DNA from: Octopus sinensis
Taxonomy: Eukaryota
Length of the DNA stretch: 64,000 nucleotides
NCBI RefSeq assembly: GCF_006345805.1
Contig: NC_042997.1
Coordinates: 195,362,001-195,426,000 of the forward strand
Reading direction: 5' to 3'
A program made the translations under genes and the position numbers. This document shows, piece by piece, positions 25,575 to 39,033 of the stretch. Each line of letters begins with the position of its first letter. Position 1 is the first letter of the stretch. Under the pieces are notes generated by a model. That model did no database searches. It saw only the letters and a list, made by a program, of their open reading frames with translations, and was not told the DNA's origin.

Positions 25575-25778
25575 TAAATTTGATTTCTGATAAACTCTTG
25601 TTTATTTTTGTTCATTGCCTGTATCCTATGAGCATAATATGCTTGCATATGTGTGCCCAGGGTTAACATAGGTAATTTATACCGGTAGAAAAACGGTTAT
25701 TCTTATCTCCTAAACATTTATTTCAACCGCTAACTCTACACACACACACAGACACACACACACAGACACACACACACA

Positions 25779-25849
<71 letters not shown>

Positions 25850-26580
25850 ACGGGCTTCTTTCAATTTCCGCCTACCAAATCCACTCACAAGGCTTTGGTC
25901 GGCCCGAGGCTATAGCGGAAGACATTTGCCCAATGTGTCACTCAGTGGTACTGAACCTCGAACCATGCGGTTGATAAGCAAGCTATTAACCACACATCCA
26001 CTCCTATGCCTACACACACATATATATATATATATATATTCTGGCAGTATTGCCCGGCTTTCTCTCTCATTCCTTATCTCACTCTCTCACTCTCTCTCAC
26101 TATCTCTCTAACTCTCTATTTCACTCTTTCTCTCTCATTCTCTCTTTCTCACACACTCTCTCTCTCATTCTCTCCCTTACTCTCTCTCTCACTCTCTCTC
26201 CTCTCGGAAGACAAAGAATGACAGACAAAAGGATTAAGTCGATTATATCGACCCAGTGTGCAACTGGTACAGTTTTTAATCGACCCTGAAATGATGAAAA
26301 GGAAAGCCGACCTCGGCGGAATTTGAAATCAGAATGTAACTGAGTAAAGTTACTATTCAATGCATGGGATAAGGCCTAAACAAACACATTATTGATTTTT
26401 GCACTTGCGAGATGAATTTGGGAACAGAAATAGCGCAGTTCAATTTTCATTCACCTAAACTTTAAGTGACACATTTTTGGTGGCTCTACGATTTGTTGGT
26501 TAGGAGATGTGCCGGGAAGTTAAACACACAGTCACACACACGGACGCACACACAGACACACACACAGACACACAAGTTGA

Positions 26581-26669
<89 letters not shown>

Positions 26670-26789
26670 GTGTGTGTGTGTGTGGTGTGGTGTGTGTGTG
26701 TGTGTGTGTATGTATGTATTGGTGCAGATTTCTATGTTTTGTTTTATGTATGTCTTCTCGTGCATATCTAGACATGCTCATATATATTT

Positions 26790-27810
26790 AAAGGATAAAC
26801 TTCTGGGAAGTTTTACAGATTTTTACAGTTCCAGTGATTCTAGGATCTTTAGTCTTCGAATTAGCTTTCTCTTTTCTGGTTTTTGAGAAAACTAATTTCT
26901 GAAGATTGGTATTTAGGCAGTGTGTTACACATCCCAGGGCCCCAATAATTACAGGTATAAACCTGAATTTGTAATCTGGATAGAGTAACTGAAGATTTCT
27001 CAATAGTTCAGCATAGGCATTCTCTTTTTCACTCAGTTTTGTTGGAAGCACTCCGTCGGTTACGACGATAAGGGTTCCGGTTGATCCGAATCAACGGAAC
27101 AGCCTGCTCGTGAAATTAACGTGTAAGTGGCTGAGCACTCCACAGACACGTGCACCCTTAACGTAGTTCTCGGGGATATTCAGCGTGACACAGAGAGTGA
27201 CAAGGCCGGCCCTTTGAAATACAGGTAGAACAGAAACAGGAAGTAAGAGTGAGAGAAAGTTGTGGTGAAAGAGTACAGCAGGGATCACCACCATCCCCTG
27301 CCGGTGTTTTCGCTCAATAAACACTCACAACGCCCGGTCTGGGAATCGAAACCGCGATCCTATGACCGCGAGTCCACTGCCCTAACCACTGGGCCATTGC
27401 GCCTCCCTCTTTTTCACTAATCTTCAGCTTTATGTTAACATCCGCTGGGCAGCTAATTTCCACAACTGTACACAGTTTCTCTTCTCCATCTCAAATCATT
27501 ATATCAGGTCTGTTGTGCTTACATTTTAATGAGGTCTTCACTTGGATATACCATTTCCCGACAACTGCTTACGAGTGATATCTTCATTGTGAACTCCACA
27601 AAGTCTGCATCGGTTGTCACAGTTTACGTCTTTTCCCGCATCTCTATCCCTTTTGTGAATCAGGTACTTGGTTGATATTTCCTGTTTCTGTATTGCAAAC
27701 GCATACCCTACAAAGTGAGAGATAGCAATCCGGCTATTCGTCCATGATAAACTGCTTTGATGATCGATGTTACTGTCATCACGGAGATTTCTACTAACAT
27801 ATCCATGGAT
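26790..27810 (-). mobile_element. 5'-truncated RLE-type LINE (CCHC finger remnant + endonuclease), interrupted by a SINE
   Basis: CRLCGVHNEDIT, KHNRPDIMI, VVEISCPADVNIKLKISEKE | NAYAELLRNLQLLYPDYKFRFIPVIIGALG...ITGTVKICKT; frame joins across the SINE. Confidence 0.9.
27034..27406 (-). mobile_element. SINE family C (tail type 2) with 12-bp TSD
   Basis: TSD ctctttttcact at 27022-27033 and 27407-27418. Confidence 0.9.
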
Positions 27811-28619
27811 GCCTGTATGTATATATGTATGTATGTGTGTATGTGTGTATGTATGTATGTATATATGTATGTATGTATGTATGCATGCATGCATGTATGC
27901 ATGCATGCATGTATGTATGTATGTATGTATGTATGTATGTATGTATGTATGTATGTATGTATGTATGTATGCATGTATGTATGCATGCATGTATGCATGC
28001 ATGCATGTATGTATGTATGTATGTATGTATGTATGTATGTATGTATGCATGCATGCATGCATGTATGTATGTGTATGTATGCATGCACGTATGCATGTAT
28101 ATATATATATATATAGATATATATATATATATATACACACAGGTGTAATAAAAGATTATTTCTGATTCATTGGCAAAGAGTGCGAATGATTTATATCAAT
28201 CGTAAGAAATCTTTAGTCACGAGAAAATAAACGCTCTTCACGCACGCACACGCGCGCACACACACTCACAAACACACACACACACACCACACACACACAA
28301 ACACATACACACACACATGCCTCCTACACGGCGCGCGCGTGTAGGAGGCACGTCCTACACAGACGCGCTCACGTGGGCACTCACAAAGATATCTTCATAT
28401 ATGAGGTTTACTTTGCCTTTCATCCTTTCGGGGTCGATAAATAAAGTACCAGTTACGCACTGGGGTCGATGTAATCGACTTAATTCATTTGTCTGTCCTT
28501 GTTTGTCCCCTCTGTGTTTAGCCCCTTGTGGGTAATAAAGAAATATATATATATAGTGACACACCAAACATGCACGTTTGACAGTATGCGCGTGCGTGTA
28601 CGCGTGCATGCATGTGAAT

Positions 28620-28935
28620 TAGTGGTCAGTGGTTAGGATATTCGACTGACGTCCGTAAGGTCACCAGTTCGATTCCCGTCAGCGCGTTGAGACCTTGAGC
28701 AAGGTACTTCATTTCACGTTGCTCCAGTTCACTCAACCGGCAATAATGAATAGTACCTGTAATTCAAAAGGGTCAGTTTCCTCACATTCTGTGTCTCGCC
28801 GAATCTCCTTGTGAACTACATTAAGTGTACTTGTGTCTGCGGAGTACTCAGCCACTTACACGTTCATTTCACGAGCAGGCTGTTCCATTGATCGGATCAA
28901 CTAGAACGTTCATCGTCGTAACCGACGGAGTGCCA
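28620..28935 (+). mobile_element. SINE family C, CORE-like, tail type 2
   Basis: Similar to 18092-18415, ending gtaaccgacggagtgc. Confidence 0.8.
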
Positions 28936-29124
28936 GTGTGAATCTACGCGTGTGAAGCCAAATAATCTAGTGTGGTTAGTAGGTTGGGCTAATATTCCTA
29001 AAGTTGTTGGTTCGATCTCTGGATCGGACGTCTTATTGTGCCCTTGTCTAAGACACTTTATTTGACATTACTCCAGTACGCCCAACTGAAATGAGAAACA
29101 TTTCAATGCTGGTGCGACCCACTA

Positions 29125-29690
29125 TTTTTATTATTATTGAGTGAGAGAGCAGTGCATGCCATCAAAGTGACACTGGTGTGAAATATACGTAGCCCAGTAT
29201 ACCCATCATGACTACCCGTCTGATTAGGGTACACCAGGCACATACATCACAATCAAATGTGCGCGACATATCTCATATCAAGATAAACAGCGCATGACCT
29301 TGCAGCTGGGGCCCAGTTAGAATTTTCTTCTGGTCGAGTGGCCTATCCCATTCAAAAGGTCCCTGAATAAGGCTTGTTTGAGGATGTTGAACGAACCACC
29401 CATGTTTCCAAAGGTGAATTATCCAAACCTCCAAGAATTCCTTTCAACACGCGGCTATGATGCTCCCCCACTAATTCTGCTTGTGGTCAGAGATGCACAT
29501 ATTGTCAGCCACTAAGGGACATGGTCAACTGGTTAAGGTCAAACAACTGACATGCAAATCTGTGGTTTTGCGCAGAATATTTGCTGTAGCCCATCTTTTA
29601 TACCATGACAAAACAATGTACATGATAGCACTTCCAATCAGTTATGATTAGAAGCCATGAGAGCCACTGCCTGGTACTGCATCAGCGCAT
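29125..29690 (-). mobile_element. Probable retroelement 3' region ending in a (TAA)n-like tail
   Basis: Non-coding 560-bp block ending ctctctcactcaataataat on the minus strand; single copy here, so family assignment is weak. Confidence 0.4.
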
Positions 29691-30188
29691 TTCTTCTTCT
29701 TCTTCTTCTTCTTCTTCTCTTTCTTTTCTTTCTTCTCCTCCTTCCTCCTCCTCCTTCTTCTTCTTCTTCTTCTCTCCTCCTCTTCTCCTTATTCTCCTTC
29801 TTCTTCTCTTCTTCTTCTTCTCTCTTCTTCTTCTTCTTCTTCTTCTCTTCTTCTCTTCTTCTTCTCTCTGTCTTCTTCTTCTTTTCTTCTAATGTATGTT
29901 TGACTTTTGCTTTGTATTTTACAAGTTGACTCCAAGTCTCGGCCAGAGAATTCAAGCGACAAGTTAGAAGTTCATGTTGGTGTTATACCTAGTGCGTCAT
30001 ATATTTGGTTTTGCACATAGTATTGTTCGAGAGAATCTTTAAGAAAACATGAAAAAAATTATAAGTTTGTTTTAAAATTTCAGATTACATCGTTATCATC
30101 ATCATCGTCATCATCATCATCATTATCTTCATCATCATCATCATCATCATCATCATTATATAATGTATACATGAAGCATACATAGGAT

Positions 30189-30223
<35 letters not shown>

Positions 30224-30361
30224 TTATCTATATAAATATTGATATATACACACATATATACATACATATATATATATATATATGCACACACACACATACA
30301 TACATATAGGCGCTCACACACACTCACATATATATAATATATATAATATATATACATATAA

Positions 30362-30415
<54 letters not shown>

Positions 30416-30823
30416 ATATATATATATATATACACATATATATATATACATATATATATATACATATACACATACATACATTTACCTCTTCATTAATTAC
30501 ATTAGCGCTTATTAGATTAGCGGGCTGTGAACTCTTTTGAACCTGTCGTCCAATTTTGACACAAACAGCTGTTCATCATATTTCAACGTGACTAAAGCCA
30601 ATAACAAAACTACTCAACTAGTCCAGACGAACGATAACGGACTTATTAGACAAGCTGACCACAAACTGATGTTCGTAGGTTCTGGCGACTAGATCGATAA
30701 CTATGGCTTAACACTTAATCTGTATTAGCTGATTATAATGGCTGACTTCTGGGCTATAAATTACAACTGTTTAAATCGCTATCGTCTAATTCTTTAACCA
30801 AAGTGTCAGATACACAAATGTAA

Positions 30824-31545
30824 GTGGTAGTGATAGTCGTGATGGTGGTGGCGGTGGTGGTGGTTGGGGTAGTAGCGGGGTGGTTGGGGCTAGTGGTGGT
30901 GGTGGTGGTAGTGGTGGCGGTGGTGGTTGGGGTAGTGGCGGTGGTGGTGGTAGTGGTGGCGGTGGTGGCGGTGGTAGCGGTTGTTGTGGTAGTGGGTGTA
31001 GTGGTTGGAGTAGTAGTGGTGGTGGTTGGGGGTAGTGGTGGAGGTGGTTGGGGTAGTGGTGGTGGTAGCGGTGGCTGTGGTGTTGGTGGTGGCTGTGGTG
31101 GTTGGGGTAGTGGTGGTGGTGGTTGTGGTGGAGGTGGTTGGGGTAGTGGCGGTGGTGGTTGTGTAGTGACGGTGGTAGTGGTAGTGGTGGCGGTGGTGGT
31201 GGTAGTGGTGGTGGTGGCTATAGTGGTTGGGGTAGTAGCGGTGGTGGTTGGGGGTAGTGGTGGTAGCGGTGGCAGTGGTGGCTAGGGTAGTAACGGTGGT
31301 GGTGGTAGTGCTGGCAGTGGCGGTGGTAGCGGTTGTCGTGGTGGTGGCTGTGGTGGTTGGGGTAGTTGTGGTGGTAGCGGTGGCTGTGGTGTTGGTGGTG
31401 GCTGTGGTGGTTGGGGTAGTGGTGGTGGTGGTTTGAGTAGTGGTGGTGGTGGTTGTGGTTGGAGTAATGATGGTGGTGGTGGTGGCTGTGGTGGTTGGAA
31501 TAGTAGCGGTGGAATTTCGGGTAGTGGTGGTGGTGGTAATCAAAA
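30824..31545. repeat. Imperfect (GGT/AGT)n triplet repeat
   Basis: Direct reading. Confidence 0.95.
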
Positions 31546-31769
31546 AGTTGAGAGAATAATCAATTGTAGAGGAATTTACACCCAAAATTTATTTTGTTTT
31601 TGTTTTACATGATACTTGACATGAAAACGTACGTAGTTGTATCTGGGTCTGTCATATTGGTAATATAACTGTTCTGACTAAATTGATGGTGACGGTGAGG
31701 AAGAAGAAAAGGAGGGGGAGGACGACCGACGATGACGATGGGAGGATGGAAGCAATAAAGGTAGAACTA

Positions 31770-32176
31770 CGTTATCCTTTTCTACTCTAGGCACAAGGCC
31801 CGACATTTTTGGGTGAGGGGGCAGTCGATTAAATCGACCCCAGTACGCAACTGGTACTTTATTTATCGACCCCGAAAGGATGAAAAGTAAAGTCGACCTC
31901 GGCGGAATTAGAACTCAAAACGTAGCGGCAGACGAAATACCTATTTCTTTACTACCCACAAGGGGCTAAACACAGAGAGGGCAAACAAGGACAGACAGAC
32001 GGATTAAGTCGATTATATCGACTCCAGTGCGTAACTGGTACTTATTCAATCGACCCCGAAAGGATGAAAGGTAAAGTCGACTTCGGCGGAATTTGAACTC
32101 TGAACGTAGCGGCAGACGAAATACCGATAAGCATTTCGCCCGGTGTGCTAACGTTTCTGCCAGCTCGCCGCCTTAA
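31770..32176 (-). mobile_element. SINE family A dimer
   Basis: One head at about 32170 and two bodies with different tails. Confidence 0.85.
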
Positions 32177-33859
32177 TACTGAAAAAAATATAGTTAAAGG
32201 TGGAAGAAAAGTGACAGAGAAAGCGATAGCACGTGTAAGAGAGGAAGAAGTGGAAAGAAAAGTTCTAAAATAAAGTGAAGAATTTAGAGGGGTAACGTGA
32301 TAAAATGATTAAAAAATTAGAGAGCGAGGATGAACGATAGAAATACAGAGGTGGGAGTGGATGAGATAACTATGTCTATGGAAGAGAAATGTTTTGAAAG
32401 TCGCTGAGAAATAAAGAGAAGAGGCGAACGATTTTGATTGAAAAAAAAGGAGACAACACACATAGACACGCTCGCGTGCACACACACATGCACACAAACT
32501 TGCACACACATATACTTTCAAACATACACAAATACATACACACTTATATATTTATACACACACGCACATAAGCAAACACACACACACTCACACACATACA
32601 CATATGTATATATATGCAAACATACTTACATGTATATACATATGTATGTATACACACACATACGCACACACTTTTATAATACGAAATCTTTGTCCACCAT
32701 ATTCCATTGAATTTATCCCCTGTACTTTTTGATTTTATTTTTTAGATTCTAGAACCCCAAAGGAAGTTTTTGAGTATCAATTGTAAAGATAATCACAGTC
32801 GTTTGCTGTTTCTCATCTACGTTACATATATGATGTCGTATAGTAACAGCTATGTACTTTCATCATAGCCGAAGCATTTCAAAACCATTGATACCTTCTG
32901 CGCAATCAAGTCGAGGTAGACATAGTCCTTCATCCTTTCGAAGTTGATGAAATAAGTACCAGTTGAACACTAGGGGGTCGATGTAATCAACTAGCATCCG
33001 CCACCTAAAAATTTTCAGGCCTTGTACCTATAGTAGGAAGTGCAATGAACCATAGTTCTGATTGAATTCTGCTAATTCGCTGGAATCCACTACAGAGTTT
33101 ACGTAAAACAATGATACAATGTTCTCTAATATTTTTTTTATCTGTTTCAAGTAGAATGACTTCTATATTCGGAGCAATTCAATCCTTATAATTTCTAGTA
33201 GAATATAAACCCAGAAACAATTTGAAACGTTGCATGTCTAGTTTGCTAAATGAACTGATATGTGGTATGTAAATGTTTAAGTATTCACTGAACTTATGAA
33301 GAAGTACTTAAAAATATCTGATCATTCAAATATATACATAATAGTATTCTATGGCCAATTTAAATAATTGTATCAAAGATGTAAATTTGGGCAAAGAACG
33401 CTGTTTCATCTTAGAAAGGTAATAATTCAGCTGACAGATCTAGAAACATATAACCTCGAACCTTTTAGATGTTGACACATAACCTCGAACCATCTAGATG
33501 TTGAAACACATAGCCTCGAACCCTTGGTTTGAAGTCACAACTCGATCGTATCTTACATCAGTGATTTTCATACAAGGCCCTCGGCGCTGCGAGGACTGAA
33601 AAACGGACGGACAATATGACAAATGCAATAAAGCTAAGATGGGTTTAACCCTTTAGTGTTCACATTATTCTGCTAAAATTAATCCTTTTTTATCCACATT
33701 GTTTTGAACTAATCATGCATTAATCTTGTAGCTATGGGATTTTGATGAGGTAGCTGTTAATGTTTAAAACGATATTGTAGGGTTGGTGTGAGAGACCAGA
33801 TGTGGCCAGTTTGAACATAAAACAGGCAGAATACTTCTGATCGGATACACTCTCTCTTT

Positions 33860-34095
33860 TAATCTTTTACTTGTTTCAGTCATTTGACTGCGGCCATGCT
33901 GGAGCACCGCCTTTAGTCGAGCAAATCGACCCCGGGACTTATTCTTTGTAAGCCCAGTACTTATTCTATCGGTCTCTTTTGCCGAACCGCTATGTGACGG
34001 CGACGTAAACACATCAGCATCGGTTGTCAAGCAATGCTAGAGGGACAAACATAGACACACAAACATATACACAATATACATATATATATATATAC

Positions 34096-34132
<37 letters not shown>

Positions 34133-34280
34133 TACGATGGGCTTCTTTCAGTTTCCGTCTACCAAATCCACTCACAAGGCTTTGGTCGGCCCGAGGCTAT
34201 AGCAGAAGACACTCGTCCAAGATGCCACGCAGTGGGACTGAACCCGGGAACCATATGGTTGGTTAGCAAGCTACTTACCA
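33860..34280 (-). mobile_element. SINE family B
   Basis: Reverse-complement match to 7486-7895. Confidence 0.9.
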
Positions 34281-34419
34281 CACAGCAACTCCTGCGCCAA
34301 TGGCCGGTTTAAATGCTAAAGGGTTAAACATTATCAGCTTGTCTAAAACATTGATAGGAGGAAAGAAGAATCATATGAATTCAAACCCTGTTTCTTGTCA
34401 TTTCATTACTTGCTACGTT

Positions 34420-34802
34420 TGTGGAGGCGCAATGGCCAAGTGGTTAGGGGAGCGGACTCGCGGTCATAGGATCGCGGTTTCGATTCCCAGACCGGGCGTT
34501 GTGAGTGTTTATTGAGCGAAAACACCTAAAAGGCTCCACGAGGCTCCGGCAGGGGATGGTGGTGATCCCTGCTGTACTCTTTCACCACAACTTTCTCTCA
34601 CTCTTACTTCCTGTTTCTGTTTTATCTGTATTTCAAGGGGCCGGCCTTGTCACTCTCTGTGTCACGCTGAATATCCCCGAGAACTACGTTAAGGGTGCAC
34701 GTGTCTGTGGAGTGCTCAGCCACTTACACGTTAATTTCACGAGCAGGCTGTTCCGTTGATTCGGATCAACCAGAACCCTCGTCGTCGTAACCGACGGAGT
34801 GC
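34420..34802 (+). mobile_element. SINE family C (tail type 2)
   Basis: Nearly the same as 27034-27406. Confidence 0.9.
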
Positions 34803-35823
34803 TTCCTACTTGCTACGTGTGACGAACCTGGGAAGTCGGAAAGTGAAGACACAGAATAAATACTGCCCCCTTCCACCATACCGTGCTCTAACAATTCAGT
34901 CTCTCCAACACCTTGGATTGGTACTTTACTTTATCGACCCCGTGAGGAAGGACGGCAAAACTGACTTCATCTTGATTTGAGCTTAAAATGTAAAGAGCGG
35001 TACACAAATACTGTGAGATAATTTTGTCATCGTCGATATTATCAATATTAGAATCGGTATTGCCATCGCTGTAGTCGTCGTTGTCGTCGTCGTCATCATC
35101 ATCACCACCATCATCACCATCATCACCACCATCATCACCATCATCACCACCATCATCACCATTACACTATCGCCGTCATTGCCTTCTTTTTCTCCTTTTC
35201 ATCAGAATTAACATTTTCATCTTCTACAAATTCCTCCTCCTCCTCCTCCTACTCTTCCTCATTCTTTTCCTCCACCATACTCCTCCCCATTCTCCCCCCC
35301 TCCACATTCTCCTCCTCCTCCTTTCCCCTTCTTTTTCTTCTTCTCTCCTTTCTTCCTCCCCTCCTCCCTTTACTCCTCTCCCACTCCTCAATTCCTCCAC
35401 CTCCTCTCCTCCCCTCCTCCCCTCTACAGCTAGTAGTTCCGAGACCTATTGCCGCCCCGCCGCCGCCGCCACCACCACCACCACTTACATCTTTTGTATA
35501 TCTGACACTTTGGTTAGCGGTTTAAACAGTTCAAATTTATAGAAATCATCCACTATAATCAGCTAACACAGATTAAGTCTTAAGCCATACATATCGATCC
35601 AGCCACCAAATTCTACGAGCATCAGCCAGTCCAGTGGTCAGCTTGTTTGATAAGTCCATTATCATTCGTCTAGACTAGAATATTATTGGTTTTAGTCACG
35701 TTGATGTAAGATAAGAGCTGGTAGCGAAATCTTTGAGTGATTAGAGTATCGAGCGACAGATTTTAGAGATATGCCTGAAAAGTTCGTTAGAAATAATTAT
35801 TTAGTGAGAAAAATATCAGTTAA

Positions 35824-36217
35824 CTAGCAGTATCGCCCGGCGTTGCTCGGGTTTGTTTCGACCCTTTAGAGTTGGAATTTTTGAAAAGTAAAAATTTTGC
35901 ATTATGTAGCTTGTTATTCTTTTAAAGTGAACATTTTTCTGGTTGAAACACACTGAAAAATGGCGACACAGCAGTCAAAATATCGTAAAAAATAGGGATT
36001 TTCATAGAAAAGAAAGCACCTTTTTGATGTAAATAATAATTTGGTGTTAATATGGTTCGATTTGAATTTTTTCTTCTACAGAAGGAAAAGCAAGCCTTCT
36101 TCTATCATACTTTCAATTTTGGACAACTTGCGCCGCAGGGTCTCGGAGGAGATAGTGTTCGTTGAAGGCTACCAAACCTGCCATACACAGACAACTTCAG
36201 CTTTATATAGAGAGAGA
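35824..36217 (-). mobile_element. Non-autonomous Helitron H1
   Basis: Same termini and interior as 9089-9481. Confidence 0.85.
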
Positions 36218-36701
36218 TTTATTTCGGAGCAAGTGATATGATCTGGGACCGTGTATTGAAACTAAAACGATTACAGCGTAGAAGACACATATTAGTCATT
36301 AAGAAACTCATAAAGACTGTTTACTTCACTTAAATATTTAATATGTATTATTTAGTGTCGAAATTTTCGTCGTACGAACTGCGACACGGTCGCTTGCATG
36401 ATTACACCGCATACTGAGAGGAAATGAGATATTTTAGTTGTGTAATTAGGGTTGAATTTGTTGAATGGCCTTGTAATTTGGAAACTTCAATCTTGAATTG
36501 TTCTGAGATAATATCTCTTATGGAATTACTTTAAAACCGAAATAAATATCAAAGAGACAAAAATTCGTCCCAGCAACTGGTAGCAAGAGATGCCAGATGC
36601 ATTACTGCCTTTTCAATAGCGCATTCTCGCAACCAGCCCTATGCCCGGACGAATTCTCGTCCGGGCATATAGGTGAAAGCGAATATAACATACACCGATG
36701 T

Positions 36702-38037
36702 AGCGCGGCGAGCTGGAAGAAACGTTAGCAGGCCGGGCGAAAGGCTTAGCAACATTTCGTCTGCCGTTACGTTCTGAGTTCAAATTCCGCCGAGGTCGAC
36801 TTTGCCTTTAATCCTTTCGGGGTCGATTAAATAAGTACCAGTTACGCACTGGGGTCGATATAATCGACTTAATCCGTTTGTCTGTCCTTGTTTGTCCCAT
36901 CTGGGTTTGGTCCTTTGTGGGTAGTAAAGAAATAGGTATTTCGTCTGCCGTTACGTTCTGAGTTCAAATTCCGCAGAGGTCGACTTTACCTTTCATCCTT
37001 TCGGGGTCGATTAAATAAGTACCAGTTACGCACTGGGGTCGATATAATCGACTTAATCCGTTTGTCTGTCCTTGTTTGTCCCATCTGTGTTTGGTCCTTT
37101 GTGGGTAGTAAAGAAATAGGTATTTCGTCTGCCGTTACGTTCTGAGTTCAAATTCCGCAGAGGTCGACTTTACCTTTCATCCTTTCGGGGTCGATTAAAT
37201 AAGTACCAGTTACGCACTGGGGTCGATATAATCGACTTATCCGTTTGTCTGTCCTTGTTTGTCCCATCTGTGTTTGGTCCTTTGGGGTAGTAAAGAAATA
37301 GGTATTTCGTCTGCCGTTACGTTCTGAGTTCAAATTCCGCAGAGGTCGACTTTACCTTTCATCCTTTCGGGGTCGATTAAATAAGTACCAGTTACGCACT
37401 GGGGTCGATATAATCGACTTAATCCGTTTGTCTGTCCTTGTTTGTCCCATCTGTGTTTGGTCCTTTGTGGGTAGTAAAGAAATAGGTATTTCGTCTGCCG
37501 TTACGTTCTGAGTTCAAATTCCGCAGAGGTCGACTTTACCTTTCATCCTTTCGGGGTCGATTAAATAAGTACTAGTTACTCACTGTGGTCGATATAATCG
37601 ACTTAATCCGTTTGTCTGTCCTTGTTTGTCCCATCTGGGTTTGGTCCTTTGTGGGTAGTAAAGAAATAGGTATTTCGTCTGCCGTTACGTTCTGAGTTCA
37701 AATTCCGCAGAGGTCGACTTTACCTTTCATCCTTTCGGGGTCGATTAAATAAGTACCAGTTACGCACTGGGGTCGATATAATCGACTTAATCCGTTTGTC
37801 TGTCCTTGTTTGTCCCATCTGTGTTTGGTCCTTTGTGGTTAGTAAAGAAATAGGTATTTCGTCTGCCGTTACGTTCTGAGTTCAAATTCCGCAGAGGTCG
37901 ACTTTACCTTTCATCCTTTCGGGATCGATTAAATAAGTACTAGTTACTCAGTGGGGTCGATATAATCGACTTAATCCGTTTTTCTGTCCTTGTTTGTCCC
38001 CTCTGTGTTTTAACCCCCTGTGGGTAGTAAAGAAACA
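36702..38037 (+). mobile_element. SINE family A: one head + seven tandem ~184-bp bodies inside a 21-bp TSD
   Basis: Junctions at 36931, 37115, 37297, 37481, 37665, 37849; TSD gaatataacatacaccgatgt at 36681-36701 and 38038-38058. Confidence 0.95.
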
Positions 38038-38642
38038 GAATATAACATACACCGATGTTGCGAATACCCATCCGGCAGATTTAAAATCCATTATACGGAA
38101 ATGAAGGGTACTGAATTAAAATAGCCATCCGGTAGCATACTTAATATATAAACACTGTCACTAGTACAACAGTATCTACTTTAAAGGTTGCTGTGCTCTT
38201 GAATTCCGGGTCTTGTAATTCTAACATTTAGTGAAGCTGGTTTCACAGGAATTTAAAAAATTTTGTGGAAATGTTCGTGCTTTGAACATTGAAGCGTGAG
38301 TAGGATATGAGGTTAGTTGGCAGGTTGTCAGGGAAGAAGTGGTGGTTTGTTTGTCTCGCTGTTCAGTTCCAGGTCAGCTCTGATTAAACAAGTTTGTAAT
38401 CAAAGGCATTCTATTTATGACCATTCCACCAATTTTTTAAAGCGTGTCTCTATAAATAGATACTTCCTTCTTAAAACAGTAGGGTATAATGTGAGGGAGA
38501 TTTGTTGGCTATTTCTAGCAAGTCGAGCCACCAAGTAGAGTAGTCATGGGAAAATGCAGCCCAGGGGATTCTCTGAGAAGTACACTAACGAAAAATTGCT
38601 TACAAGAAGTGGTGGTGGGGAGACAAACAAACAATTTCTACC

Positions 38643-39033
38643 TATTTCTTTACTACCCACAAGGGGCTACCCACATTAGGACAAACAAGGACAGACCTCA
38701 GTGCGTAACTGGTACTTAATTTATCGACCCCCGAAAGGATGAAAGGCAAAGTCGACCTCGGCGGAATTTGAACTCAGAACGTAGCGGCAGACGAAATACC
38801 TATTTCTTTACTACCCACAAGGGGCTAAACACAGAGAGGACAAACAAGGACAGACAAACGGATCAAGTCGATTACATCGACCCCAGTGCGTAACTGGTAC
38901 TTAATTTATCGACCCCGAAAGGATGAAAGGCAAAGTCGACCACGGCGGAATTTGAACTCAGAACGTAAAGACAGAGGAAATATTGATAAGCATTTCGCCC
39001 GGCGTGCTAACGGTTCTGCCAGCTCGCCGCCAG
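38643..39033 (-). mobile_element. SINE family A dimer with 15-bp TSD
   Basis: TSD caaacaatttctacc at 38628-38642 and 39034-39048. Confidence 0.85.

Larger units (their letters stand above)
24895..26012 (-). mobile_element. SINE family B split by insertions in its internal microsatellite
   Basis: 3' half about 24895-25085 and 5' half about 25850-26012, separated by about 750 bp. Confidence 0.75.

Noticed and set aside
27415-27432. ctgaaga on the minus strand
   Set aside because: It is LINE coding sequence (aag ctg aag att) with no hairpin or GAAA
30890-31585. Mucin-like Thr-rich ORF (231 aa)
   Set aside because: Triplet repeat open in several frames, with no unique flanking domain or splice support
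36702-38037. CRISPR-like or retrozyme reading of the 184-bp array
   Set aside because: No unique spacers, no cas genes, eukaryotic context; no CUGANGA/GAAA core on either strand of the unit
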